Assembly (NCBI GenBank): GCA_950097015.1
Contig: CATNEN010000007.1
Coordinates: 12,834,001 to 12,898,000 of the forward strand
From: Macrostomum hystrix
Taxonomy: Eukaryota > Animalia > Platyhelminthes
Reading direction: 5' to 3'
DNA: 64,000 nucleotides
Shown: piece after piece, positions 47,028-59,098 of the stretch
Position numbering within the stretch: the stretch's first letter is position 1
How the letters are laid out: each line of letters starts with the position of its first letter
Notes under the pieces: generated by a model
Database searches by the model: none
What the model saw: the letters and a program-made list of their open reading frames with translations, nothing else
What the model was told of the DNA's origin: nothing
Translations under genes and position numbers: made by a program

Positions 47028-47700
47028 CTGCAGCAGGGTGCCAAACACACCGGTTTGATCTGGCGCCACTTCATGAATTGGTCTCAGAAGGACAAAGACT
47101 ACACTGCAGCAGCAGGGTGCCAATCACACCGGTTTGATCTGGCGCCACTTCATGAATTGGTCTCAGAAGGACAAAGACTACACTGCAGCAGCAGGGTGCC
47201 AATCACACCGGTTTGATCTGGCGCCACTTCATGAATTGGTCTCAGAAGGACAAAGACTACACTGCAGCAGCAGGGTGCCAATCACACCGGTTTGATCTGA
47301 CGCCACTTTATGAATTGGTCTCAGAAGGACAAAGACTACACTGCAGCAGCAGGGTGCCAATCACACCGGTTTGATCAGGCGCCACTTCATGAATTGGTCT
47401 CAGAAGGACAAAGACTACACTGCAGCAGCAGGGTGCCAATCACACCGGTTTGATCTGGCGCCACTTCATGAATTGGTCTCAGAAGGACAAAGACTACACT
47501 GCAGCAGATTGGTGCCAATCACACCGGTTTGATCAGGCGCCACTTCATGAATTGGTCTCAGAAGGACAAAGACTACACTGCAGCAGCTGGGTGCCACTCA
47601 CACCGGTTTGATCAGGCGCCACTTCATGAATTGGTCTCAGAAGGACAAAGACTACACTGCAGCAGCTGGGTGCCAATCACACCGGTTTGATCAGGCGCTA
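47028..47700. repeat. 79-bp minisatellite
   Basis: ~8.5 copies. Confidence 0.95.
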
Positions 47701-47830
47701 CCTTATGAAAGCGTCTCTAAGGAGGAATAGAATGAAGTGAATATTCTAATGAGGCAGCAGGCGTATAATAAGAAATATACATCCAAAACGGCCAATCAAG
47801 CCGGGTGAAAGTAGCGAATGATGCTCCTTG

Positions 47831-48827
47831 CTAATTGCCGGCCTTTGAAGCTCTCATCGCCACATCATAGGATGGCAGGCCGTCGTCCAGGCTGGCGGTG
47901 TCGCGCGGCTCCAGTGGCACGCGCTGATATTCTTGACAATAGCCATGCTGTTGCTGCTGCCGCAGCTGCCGCTCCTCCTGCCGCAGCTGCAGCTGCTGCT
48001 GCGCCTGCTCCAGGGCGAACTTGCTGGGCACGCAGCAGCAGGAGGCCCGGATGGCGTAGCCGGCTTGCGCCCCGGAAAACAGAATCTCCAGCAGGCACAG
48101 AAGCAGGGCGGTCTGCGTGGGGAGAAACTTAGCTGTCAGTGGACCGCTGTGGGGCTGGACACTGAGGGCTGGTCACTGAGGGCTGGACACTGAGGGCTGG
48201 TCACTGAGGGCTGGACACTGAGGGCTGGTCACTGAGGGCTGGTCACTGAGGGCTGGTCACTGAGGGCTGGTCACTGAGGGCTGGTCACTGAGGGCTGGTC
48301 ACTGAGGGCTGGTCACTGAGGGGCTGGTCACTGAGGGCTGGTCACTGAGGGCTGGACACTGAGGGCTGGTCACTGAGGGCTGGACACTGAGGGCTGGACA
48401 CTGAGGGCTGGACACTGAGGGCTGGACACTGAGGGCTGGACACTGAGGGCTGTGAGCACATTGTGTGAGCACATTGAGTAGACCAGCAAGCCAACCTGCT
48501 GACGGCTGATCTCCTGCTTTGACTGCGGAGCATCCGAGTGGTACATCACGAGGAGACTGACAAGGCCGGCCAGGCCGGACAGCATGGCGAACATCAGGCA
48601 GGCCAGGACGCTGCACAGGATTTGGCGCTTCAGGCAGCCGGCCAGCAAGCCGAAGATTCCAGCCAGCACGCCGCTCAGAGACATCAGGAAGCCGAAGCCC
48701 TTTGCTATGTTGATCAACTGCATCAGGTTCAGTATCAGCGACATCAGAGAGAAGGAGAGCTGCGCGATGCCAAGGCTCACGTGAGCTTTGCGCACAGCGA
48801 CCGGGACCCGCTCCAAGTACGTGCCCG

Positions 48828-48862
<35 letters not shown>

Positions 48863-48885
48863 AATACCGGTATTGAGGTGGCCAT
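47831..48885 (-). CDS. CD20/MS4A-like four-TM protein; exons 48885-48496 and 48112-47831
   Basis: PolyQ N-terminus, YLERVP..VRKAHVSLGIAQ; phase-0 intron CAG|GTTGGC...CCACGCAG|ACC containing a 14-bp repeat; exon 2 TALLLCLLEILFSGAQAGYAIRASCCC...LPSY. Confidence 0.85.
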
Positions 48886-48913
48886 TGACTTGCTATCTTC
48901 GCGCTCTCGCTGC

Positions 48914-49566
48914 CCGAATCTGACCTTACCCCACCCGAATCTGATCTTACCCCACCCGAATCTGATCTTACCCCACCCGAATCTGATCTTACCCCACCCG
49001 AATCTGATCTTACCCCACACGAATCTGACCTTACCCCACCCGAATCTGATCTTACCCCACCCGAATCTGATCTTACCCCACCGAATCTGATCTTACCCCA
49101 CACGAATCTGACCTTACCCCACACGAATCTGATCTTACCCCACCCGAATCTGATCTTACCCCACCCGAATCTGATCTTACCCCACCGAATCTGATCTTAC
49201 CCCACACGAATCTGACCTTACCCCACACGAATCTGATCTTACCCCACCCGAATCTGATCTTACCCCACCCGAATCTGACCTTACCACACACGAATCTGAT
49301 CTTACCCCACACGAATCTGATCTTACCCCACCCGAATCTGATCTTACCCCACCGAATCTGATCTTACCCCACACGAATCTGATCTTACCCCACACGAATC
49401 TGACCTTACCCCACACGAATCTGACCTTACCCCACCGAATCTGATCTTACCCCACCGAATCTGATCTTACCCCACCGAATCTGATCTTACCCCACCGAAT
49501 CTGATCTTACCCCACCGAATCTGATCTTACCCCACCGAATCTGATCTTACCCCACCCGAATCTGAT
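48914..49566. repeat. 20/21-bp minisatellite (GAATCTGATCTTACCCCACCC)
   Basis: ~31 copies just 5' of the 48885 ATG. Confidence 0.95.
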
Positions 49567-49905
49567 TATGTATGTATGTATGTATGTATACTCTACATAC
49601 TTGACTGCCAAATTTGAGAAGTGCAGAGACGGAATATTTAGTCTGTAGAATATTAAAATTGTACAATATAAGGTGTAGAGTATAGAATAGAAAGAAAGTT
49701 TAATAAAAATAGGAGGCCTCTCAGGGCGAGGAACCCGGCCGTGACGGACCACGGGGCTCGGGCGAGCTCGGACATTGTGGGTCGAAACTGATGGGCAGCT
49801 GCTGAAAGAGATTGGAGCAGTTTGACTTTCCAGAGATCCTCACTCTAGCTCCCATCTCTGAGCTTCACGCTCAAGGAATCCTGGTTGAAGCTCCTTCACT
49901 GAACG

Positions 49906-50800
49906 AATGACCCAACAAATCAGGACTGAATTCGAGAATGACCCAACAAATCTGGACTGAATTCGAGAATGACCCAGCAAATCTGGACTGAATTCGAGAA
50001 TGACCCAACAAATCTGGACTGAATTCGAGAATGACCCAACAAATCAGGACTGAATTCGAGAATGACCCAACAAATCTGGACTGAATTCGAGAATGACCCA
50101 ACAAATCTGGACTGAATTCGAGAATGACACAACAAATCTGGACTGAATTCGAGAATGACCCAACAAATCTGGACTGAATTCGAGAATGATACAACAAATC
50201 TGGACTGAATTCGAGAATGACACAACAAATCTGGACTGAATTCGAGAATGACCCAACAAATCTGGACTGAATTCGAGAATGACACAACAAATCTGGACTG
50301 AATTCGAGAATGACACAACAAATCTGGACTGAATTCGAGAATGACCCAACAAATCTGGACTGAATTCGAGAATGATACAACAAATCTGGACTGAATTCGA
50401 GAATGACACAACAAATCTGGACTGAATTCGAGAATGACCCAACAAATCTGGACTGAATTCGAGAATGACCCAACAAATCTGGACTGAATTCGAGAATGAC
50501 ACAACAAATCAGCACTGAATTCGAGAATGATACAACAAATCTGGACTGAATTCGAGAATGACCCAGCAAATCTGGACTGAATTCGAGAATGACCCAACAA
50601 ATCTGGACTGAATTCGAGAATGACACAACAAATCTGGACTGAATTCGAGAATGACCCAACAAATCTGCACTGAATTCGAGAATGACCCAACAAATCTGCA
50701 CTGGGAACATTGGGAGTGGAGCTACTGGCTGCACTGGGAACATTGGGAGTGGAGCTACTGGCTGCACTGGGAACATTGGGAGTGGAGCTACTGGCTGCAC
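49906..50800. repeat. 31-bp minisatellite (one EcoRI site per unit) followed by 33-bp x3
   Basis: Unit GAATGACCCAACAAATCTGGACTGAATTCGA, ~25 copies. Confidence 0.95.
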
Positions 50801-51277
50801 TAGACAGCCACTGCATTTACCATCCGCAGGCAGCAGCATGCTGTCACTGAAGCCACAAAAAGTGAGGCTATGGAACACGAACGCTTAACTCGCACAAACC
50901 GAAGCTTTAACCGTATAATTACATAAAACGCCAGAAAACACACCTGATTTCGAGTGGGGAAGCTGGGGCTCGCCGCACCCAGACAGAAACAGAGGCAGAG
51001 AAAATATAAGAGCGGGAGTTGTTCTGTTGTGGGCATTTGTGGGCTTCATGCAGGCTGGGTCAATAATCAGCCACCTGTTGACCGCAGGTGCTAACTGAAT
51101 TCGAATTTGTCAATGGAAGTGGAGCTGAGCAGTCTGAGCCCGACAACAAGTCAGAATGCGCGGGTGGTCCCGACACCATAAAGCGACAGCCTGAATGACT
51201 AGAGAAACGCAAACCGATTCTGCAAAAATGCTCGAAGCTCCTCAACATGGCATCCACAGCAAGCCAGAAAATGTGAG

Positions 51278-51886
51278 TCAACACACGGCTGCACCGGCCT
51301 CATCATCTGGGGGTAACTTCAGCGGCACCGCCTCCGCCTCAGTGTCGGATGGTGGCGGCAGTAGCTGGACGCTCGACGACGGCGGCGCGGAGCTGATCGG
51401 CGCGTGAAAGGCGACCTGCGGCTGGCCCGGCAGCGGCTTGAGGCGGAAGCAGACGGACAGGGCGATGAGCATCTGGGAGAAGCTGAGGATGAGGCCGAGA
51501 GCGGCAGTCATTATGTAGAACATGAAGCTGCCGAGGCCGTCGCAGGCGCGGTTGGCAAGGACGCCGTCGACTCCATCGGAGAAGTTGAGCCAGAACAAGG
51601 CGCTGCCGGCGATGGCCAGGCCGAGAGAGGCGGCGGACAGCACCAGGGTGGCGATGGCCAGGCGGCGGTAGTAGGGCAGGCTGCGGTAGTCCCGACGGCA
51701 CAGCGGCAGGCAGGCGGCGCCGGCAGCCGCGGTGCAGCCGCCCAGCAGCAGGCAGCAGTGCAGCAGGCCGGTCCAGCTGTGGCAGCCGCGGGCGAGGAAG
51801 GCCAGCCCGCCGAAGAAGGTGGCCACGCCGAAGGCGGCGAAGAAGCCGCCGGTGATGGCCAGCGGCGCGACCGGGCAGCGGGACAT
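51278..51886 (-). CDS. Divergent four-TM protein, probably CD20/MS4A-like
   Basis: Four hydrophobic segments with family-like spacing, TLVLSAA in TM3, SFSQMLIALSVC in TM4, Pro-rich tail. Confidence 0.7.
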   Translation of the reverse strand: MSRCPVAPLAITGGFFAAFGVATFFGGLAFLARGCHSWTGLLHCCLLLGGCTAAAGAACLPLCRRDYRSLPYYRRLAIATLVLSAASLGLAIAGSALFWLNFSDGVDGVLANRACDGLGSFMFYIMTAALGLILSFSQMLIALSVCFRLKPLPGQPQVAFHAPISSAPPSSSVQLLPPPSDTEAEAVPLKLPPDDEAGAAVC

Positions 51887-52527
51887 GGCGAGGCGACCGA
51901 CGGCCTCGTCGCTGCAGCTGCAAGGCGGTAGCGAAGCTGGGTATCAACGGAAAACTAAGTCCACGAACAGTCAAAGTGACAGCTGGGAAATTTCTGGATG
52001 TTTCTGCTGAAGTTCAGACACTCAGACTGAAGATTTAGATCCAAACAAAGACCTGGTCCCGGAACCTGCTCTGCATCATACAGGGAATGCACTGCATCTC
52101 ATTTAGCAAGTTTACTTAAGAAGCAAAGTCTTGATCCGATAGCTTACAAAATAGAGAAAGGGAAAAAATACCGATAGTCAATAAACCTTGAGCTGCTGCC
52201 TTGAGCTGCTGCCTTCAGCTGCTGCTTTGCACTGAATCAGTTTCTAATTCAGTTATAAAAATTGCGACAAAAATGTCTGAATGCTAAGTTATATCTTCTA
52301 GCGTAGTTTAACCACAAATATACTTAATAGTGCTTCGTCTGCAAATACAAGACTAATTATTGCAAACAATACTCGCTACATGGCTACTTATTAGTAGCAA
52401 TGAGTAGTGAGATGAGAATGAGCTGTCAGAGCTGCTAGTTGCAATTTGCAACTTGTAACTTCAAGGCGAGCCACACTTCAAAGCGGGACTTGAATGCTGA
52501 GTCCCAGCTTAGAGAGCAGCTGCTACA

Positions 52528-53632
52528 GACTCCGCCCACCTGCTGTAACTGCCCGCCGCTCATTGTGAGGGGGTTCTATGTCAGCTGAGCTCCGCCCACC
52601 TGCTGTAACTGCCCGCCGCTCATTGTGAGGGGGTTCTATGTCAGCTGAGCTCCGCCCACCTGCTGTAACTGCCCGCTGCTCATTGTGAGGGGGTTCTATG
52701 CAACACAAGCTCAAACACGGCCCACGATCGCTAATTAGCGCGAGCCACACCAGATCCGACAGGAGCGCGTGGCATGGGCGCGCAAATTTCATAGAAATTG
52801 CGGGACTCCGCGTGTTGGGCTCATTTCTGTCACTAACAATGGGCAGCTGCAAGCACAGGCCAGGGGCTCAGGGAGCCAGTTCTGTCACTAACAATGGGCA
52901 GCTGCAAGCACAGGCCAGGGGCTCAGGGAGCCAGTTCTGTCACTAACAATGGGCAGCTGCAAGCGCAGTCCAGGGGCTCAGGGAGCCAGTTCTGTCACTA
53001 ACAATGGGCAGCTGCAAGCACAGGCCAGGGGCTCAGGGAGCCAGTTCTGTCACTAACAATGGGCAGCTGCAAGCGCAGGCCAGGGGCTCAGGGAGCCAGT
53101 TCTGTCACTAACAATGGGCAGCTGCAAGCACAGGCCAGGGGCTCAGGGAGCCAGTTCTGTCACTAACAATGGGCAGCTGCAAGCACAGGCCAGGGGCTCA
53201 GGGAGCCAGTTCTGTCACTAACAATGGGCAGCTGCAAGCACAGGCCAGGGGCTCAGGGAGCCAGTTCTGTCACTAACAATGGGCAGCTGCAAGCGCAGTC
53301 CAGGGGCTCAGGGAGCCAGTTCTGTCACTAACAATGGGCAGCTGCAAGCACAGGCCAGGGGCTCAGGGAGCCAGTTCTGTCACTAACAATGGGCAGCTGC
53401 AAGCGCAGGCCAGGGGCTCAGGGAGCCAGTTCTGTCACTAACAATGGGCAGCTGCAAGCACAGGCCAGGGGCTCAGGGAGCCAGTTCTGTCACTAACAAT
53501 GGGCAGCTGCAAGCACAGGCCAGGGGCTCAGGGAGCCAGTTCTGTCACTAACAATGGGCAGCTGCAAGCACAGGCCAGGGGCTCAGGGAGCCAGTTCTGT
53601 CACTAACAATGGGCAGCTGCAAGCGCAGGCCA
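52528..53632. repeat. 60-bp x3 (52528-52700) and 55-bp x~15 (52824-53632) minisatellites
   Basis: Directly visible; a partial copy of the 60-bp unit recurs near 53778-53820. Confidence 0.95.
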
Positions 53633-54072
53633 TCAGGTGTTGTTTGACTCTGTTTGACAGGCTGCTAGCAGCAGGGTAGCGGGCCAATATCTACTTTTCG
53701 TAGCAAACAATATCGGAGAAGCTGGCGCGAGTGAGACCGCTACCCCATCAGCTGAGCCCAGCATGCTCGCAAAAGCAGAGCTCCGCCCACCTGCTGTAAC
53801 GCGCTGCTCGCTATGAGGGGCGGGCAGCTCTTGGGACGCGGATGTCCCAATGAAAAACTGATTCAAGCAACGCTAATAATGATTAATCGTGTCCGCATCG
53901 TATCGCTCACGTCATTCTTTCCTGCAGTTCCCCACAAGGACCACGCTTAGTTAGCAGGAGTCTTTTAGGAACTAGGAATATGATTTTCCCGGCCCTAAGT
54001 CCGAATTATTTCCTTGCTCACATTTTCTGCGTCAGTGTCAGTGTTTGTGAAGTAAAATGGAAGGCAGCTTAC

Positions 54073-54888
54073 AATAGCCCACATGCCTGGGATCACAGAC
54101 AGTCCTCACAAACCATAGCCCACATGCCTGGGATCACAGACAGTGCTCACAAACCATAGCCCACATGCCTGGGATTACAGACAATGCTCACAAACCATAG
54201 CCCACATGCCTGGGATCACAGACAGTGCTCACAAACCATAGCCCACATGCCTGGGATTACAGACAATGCTCACAAACCATAGCCCACATGCCTGGGATCA
54301 CAGACAGTGCTCACAAACCATAGCCCACATGCCAGGGATCACAGACAGTGCTCACAAACCATAGCCCACATGCCAGGGATCACAGACAGTGCTCACAAAC
54401 CATAGCCCACATGCCTGGGATCACAGACAGTGCTCACAAACCATAGCCCACATGCCAGGGATCACAGACAGTGCTCACAAACCATAGCCCACATGCCTGG
54501 GATCACAGACAGTGCTCACAAACCATAGCCCACATGCCAGGGATCACAGACAGTGCTCACAAACCATAGCCCACATGCCTGGGATCACAGACAGTGCTCA
54601 CAAACCATAGCACACATGCCTGGGATCACAGACAGTGCTCACAAACCATAGCCCACATGCCTGGGATCACAGACAGTGCTCACAAACCATAGCCGACATG
54701 CCAGGGATTACAGACAATGCTCACAAACCATAGCCCACATGCCTGGGATCACAGACAGTGCTCACAAACCATAGCCCACATGCTAGGGATCACAGACAGT
54801 GCTCACAAACCATAGCCCACATGCTAGGGATCACAGACAGTGCTCACAAACCATAGCCCACATGCTAGGGATCACAGACAGTGCTCAC
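54073..54888. repeat. 41-bp minisatellite
   Basis: ~20 copies of CATAGCCCACATGCCTGGGATCACAGACAGTGCTCACAAAC. Confidence 0.95.
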
Positions 54889-55104
54889 CAACAACAGCCT
54901 ACCGAACGCACATCCATTTGATCTACAAAAGACAGCAGGCAGATATAAAAGAAGCAAGTTAAGGCAGCGTACTGGAAACAGCATTAGCAATAAAAACATG
55001 GGCTGGGAATGGCAGACTTTATATTTAATTCACAGCATGGAGCGATGGGCGGCGATTGTCTTGATGGCGGGCGGAGCTCAGAGCGGCCGGCTGCTGGCAG
55101 CGAG

Positions 55105-56252
55105 TCACTCGGGCGAGGCCTTGATGCCTTCGTCTGAAAAGAACAAGCGGGGAGCACAAGAAGGAGCTTAGTGAGGTGGAGCAGCTCGGGCAACGCAGCC
55201 AGAAGTCCGGCAGACTCACCCCTTGCTACACGCGGCCTTGGCTTCACCAGCGGAGGCGGGCGCGGCGGCGGCAGCTTGTTCTTGTTCTCGCCGTTGCCTT
55301 CAGAATCCGAGCGCGGCAAGGACGACAACGAAGGCGGTGGCGGATCCGCGACCGGCTGCTGTGACTCTTGTGAATCCGCGACCGGCTGTGGCGATGGCGC
55401 CTTTCGCAACTGTTGCCGCAACGCCAGGAAGTCAGTGCCAACAACCGACATCGGTGGCGGCGCGCCTGGCCCCAAGCCAGCTGGTCGCAGCCTCGGCCTT
55501 GGCGGCGGCATCGAATCGCCTTTAACTTCCGGAGCAGGCGCTGCTGCTAAAGAAGACGGGGATGCGGCGCCGGGCTTGTCAATAGAGTCCATTGGAGGCG
55601 ATTCGGGTGCCTTCCGCAGCTGCTGGCGCAGCGCCAGGAGGTCGGACCCAATGACAGACACGGGCGATTGGCCGCCCGTACCTGTGGGCCGAAGCAGTCT
55701 GGGCTTCGGCGGCAATTCTTGCTCGGCCTCCGCGGCTGACATCTCGGATCTGGGCTTGGGGGCCGGGGTGGCTGGGCTGTCTGTGGTCTCTGATCCGGCT
55801 CCGGGCCGCTGTCGGGGCACTCGAGGCTTCAGCAGCAGGCCGGCGCCTCCGCTGCCGAATCCGGGCAGCATCGGCATCGCGCCAGGGGGCAGGTGCCGTG
55901 GCCGCACGGGCGCAGCAATGTCCTCATCCTGGACTTCAGCCACAGGGTCGCATTGTAGCTCATTGCTGCTCTGGTCAATGCTGGTGACTGCCTCCGCGGT
56001 GTCCGTCTGTGCTGTCTCCTCTTCTTCAACTTCCAGATGCGTCGACAGCGGCAGCGGCAGATCATCAGCGGAGGAGGTGGAGGAGGCGCGCTGATTCAAC
56101 AGCAGCTGCGTCGGTGGCCTACGCGACTTGGGGCCCACCGGTCGGCGCAGAACGGCCGCTGAGGCCACAGAAGGCGGAGTTGCTGGAGGCGACGTCGGGG
56201 TATCCGCTGTGCTGATGGAAGCTGGACTGTCCAGACTGTCTGATTCGGGCAT
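55105..56252 (-). CDS. Proline-rich disordered protein with CPI-like and duplicated WH2-like motifs; exons 56252-55220 and 55133-55105
   Basis: Long coding-like ORF; a strong G|GTGAGT donor and TTTTCAG| acceptor give ...VARDEGIKASPE*; the motif SV.G.D.LALRQQLRKAP occurs twice; 5' end uncertain. Confidence 0.7.
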
Positions 56253-57649
56253 GGCGTCGCCGTCGGGTAGGGAAAGCCGGCCTTCTGACTATCGTCTTCC
56301 AAGCGACCGGCTTCGTCAGCGGGGCGCGCTCTGCGGCTTAGAGGGGAGGCGGAAAATAAGAATTCAGAGGCGGCTTGGAAAACTGGCCGGACAAGCCTGT
56401 AGGTGACTGCGCGCGGACCAGAACCAGAGAGCGAGCGATATAAGCCTGCGAGAAAAACTACGAAACGATAATAAGCGAGCAGGCAAGGGGCTTCTCAGAT
56501 AGGCGACCTGAGCGGAGCAGGGTGGGAGTTGGTGGCGGCTCGGGCAGGCAGTTGACGCAGGCGGCCAAGTGAGAGAAGTAAAGGAGAGAGAAGGGGCAGC
56601 GTGCGGACCCGGCCTTATCGGACCCTGCGGGTCAGGCTGACCGCAGCTCTGGGCATTGTTGCTAGTGGCCCGCCCTGCCAAGGAAAGAAGCAAACGAGCT
56701 CTACCGACAATAATGAGCAAAGCCTAGGCGCAGAAAGGTGTGTGCTCAACGTGCGTGCGAGCACCGAGCTTGGGACGCGCGGGGCATAGCGAAGGTGCCT
56801 CCGCACGATGGGGACCGCCCTCCGCAGCTGTCTGTCCCTCCCCACAGCTGTAGGCAGAGAGCAAGACCGAACTTTCTGACCCCAACGCCAACTGGTTTTA
56901 TGAGCGTCTGGGCATAACTCGGTGCGCAATATGTGAGCAAAGCTTGGACTCTGGGTTCATTTGTGTCTAGGCCTCTCAATCAAGGGCTGACTGCACCAAT
57001 CAAGGGCTGACTGCACCAATCAAGGGCTGACTGCACCAATCAAGGGCTGACTTTTTAAGGGCCGTTTTTAGTCACTTATTGCTGATCCAATTCCAGCACC
57101 AACTTCTGACACGATTCCAGCAGCCACCTCTGATACAATTCCAGCAACAACTTCTTGCACGATTCCAGGATTAATTCTAGCTTCAATTCGTAATACTATA
57201 CCACCCCCTTGGCTTGTTATACACGTAGGAAAGTGTAGGCAAAGCACAATTACGAAATACGGCGGGAAAGCGACATAAATTGTGCTGGATTGTGAAGAAC
57301 CCTGAGGTCTTTGCGGACATTCGCCAGGACAAGACTGGAACCTCCACGCCCGGCACTCCTACTTCTCTCTCCCCGCTTGCCCGGGGGTGGGACATGGCTG
57401 TGGGAGCGTACAGCAGGGCAGACAGGCCACGCACTCAACGGCCCAGACAGACCCAGCTGCTTCTACAGATTGTACGCCTCCCCTCGCCTCCGATGCCTCC
57501 CAAAGCACTAAAAGTACTTTCCGGACTTGCCCGCAAACCAGGCTGAGGGTGAGCACTGAGCAAGGAGTCTCAGGGCGGAAGCTGAAAGCCAGCTGCAGTG
57601 CAGAACTAGGCTAAACTATGCACTTTGCCGACACCAAAGATTCCGTAAA

Positions 57650-58157
57650 GGGACCCAGAGCAGGGCTTCTTTGCCAGGAGCTGGGACAATTGGCACAATG
57701 GGACCCAGAGCAGGGCTTCTTTGCCAGGAGCTGGGACAATTGGCACAATGGGACCCAGAGCAGGGCTTCTTTGCCAGGAGCTGGGACAATTGGCACAAAG
57801 AAGTAGAAGAAATCAGAAGAAACGATTGACACAAACAGACCAGGTGTGAAAGCATGAGATGCTGAGAGGGCTCACCAGTCAGCATGGGTGGGGGCCATGA
57901 GATGCTGAGAGGGCTCACCAGTCAGCATGGGTGGGGCCATGAGATGCTGAGAGGGCTCACCAGTCAGCAGGGATGGGGCCATGAGATGCTGAGAGGGCTC
58001 ACCAGTCAGCATGGGTGGGGCCATGAGATGCTGAGAGGGCTCACCAGTCAGCATGGATGGGGCCATGAGATGCTGAGAGGACTCACCAGTCAGCAGGGAT
58101 GGGGCCATGAGATGCTGAGAGGACTCACCAGTCAGCATGGGTCGCCATGAGATGCTC
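57650..58157. repeat. 51-bp x3 (57650-57798) and 42-bp x7 (57850-58157) minisatellites
   Basis: Directly visible. Confidence 0.9.
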
Positions 58158-58727
58158 AGGTCACTGCAGACTGCTGCCAACTTGGCCAAGGTGTGAGACA
58201 GTGATGATGAAGCTTATCTCGGCAGGCATTTCGTATCTGATTCATGCCGCCCTGAAGCTGCAAATAAAGCAGAGCCAGGTGCAAAATTAACTCAGTTGCA
58301 CTTTTCAGAGGCACAAACCCAGTGGCACTAATCCACTCCACATTTCTTATACTATTGAAAGCTTTAGACATAATAAAGCATATAAGCAATAGCTTCATAT
58401 CTAATAGTACAGATTTACCCTTAAAGACAAATATAGGTATAATTCTGTGAAAACAGGCTATGAATAGTTGTATTTTATTTTTATTTGTTGGTCTACTTTA
58501 AATGGAAGGCATTTCTGACTGCTGATGGCTAATGCATATGAACTTATCAAATATTATATCGAATATACTCATTCAGGACTGGCGCTATTCTATTCCAAAA
58601 GTTGAAAATTAATAATAAAATAATTTTTCTGTGTCCTAAAGAATTTTGTCCATAAATATGCATTACACATATTTTTTTAAATGAAATAACTGAAATGTTC
58701 TTAATTACACAACTTAAAACCTAGGAT

Positions 58728-59098
58728 AGGGGGTGAGTGGCAGAGCGGTTAACGCGTTTGCCTCTCGCACCACGGTCCCTAAGTTCGATTCCACGGCGAG
58801 GCCACATTTATTTGGGGCGCAGCCACGGAGAGAAGGCTTGGGGGCTTGTCGTGCAATTGACACCCTTGAGGGCCAACCTCCAAGGCACAGTGAAGTGTAC
58901 ACTGCCTGACGATGAGAAAGTCAGGGCAGATGTACACACCTGTGTGAGCGTATGCCTGCGTACGGTATCTGTGTGCGTGTGTGCTCAGGAGTCAGCAAAA
59001 TGGGCAGAATTGCCTCCTCGCTGGCTGCAGGTCTAGTGTCACCAAACTATGTGTCATTGCCCGCAGCCCTCCTGCAATTATTATTATTATTATTTATT
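58728..59098 (+). mobile_element. tRNA-derived SINE family A, full length with TSD
   Basis: A-box TGGCAGAGCGG, B-box GTTCGATTCC, (ATT)n tail, TSD AAACCTAGGAT at 58717-58727 and 59099-59109; second copy at 35594-35932. Confidence 0.9.

Noticed and set aside
49715-49775. GC-rich patch with GGGTTCCTCGCCC (minus strand) resembling an HDV-like P3/L3
   Set aside because: No P1 partner, P4 or catalytic J4/2 strand; the downstream sequence is AT-rich
58728-58810. tRNA gene
   Set aside because: A/B boxes are present, but they continue into a repeated body with tail and TSD, so this is a SINE head
59005-59075. CCTCCTCGCTGGC, identical to part of the HDV ribozyme core, within the SINE
   Set aside because: The P1/P2/P3 pairings could not be built, and the motif differs in the second SINE copy
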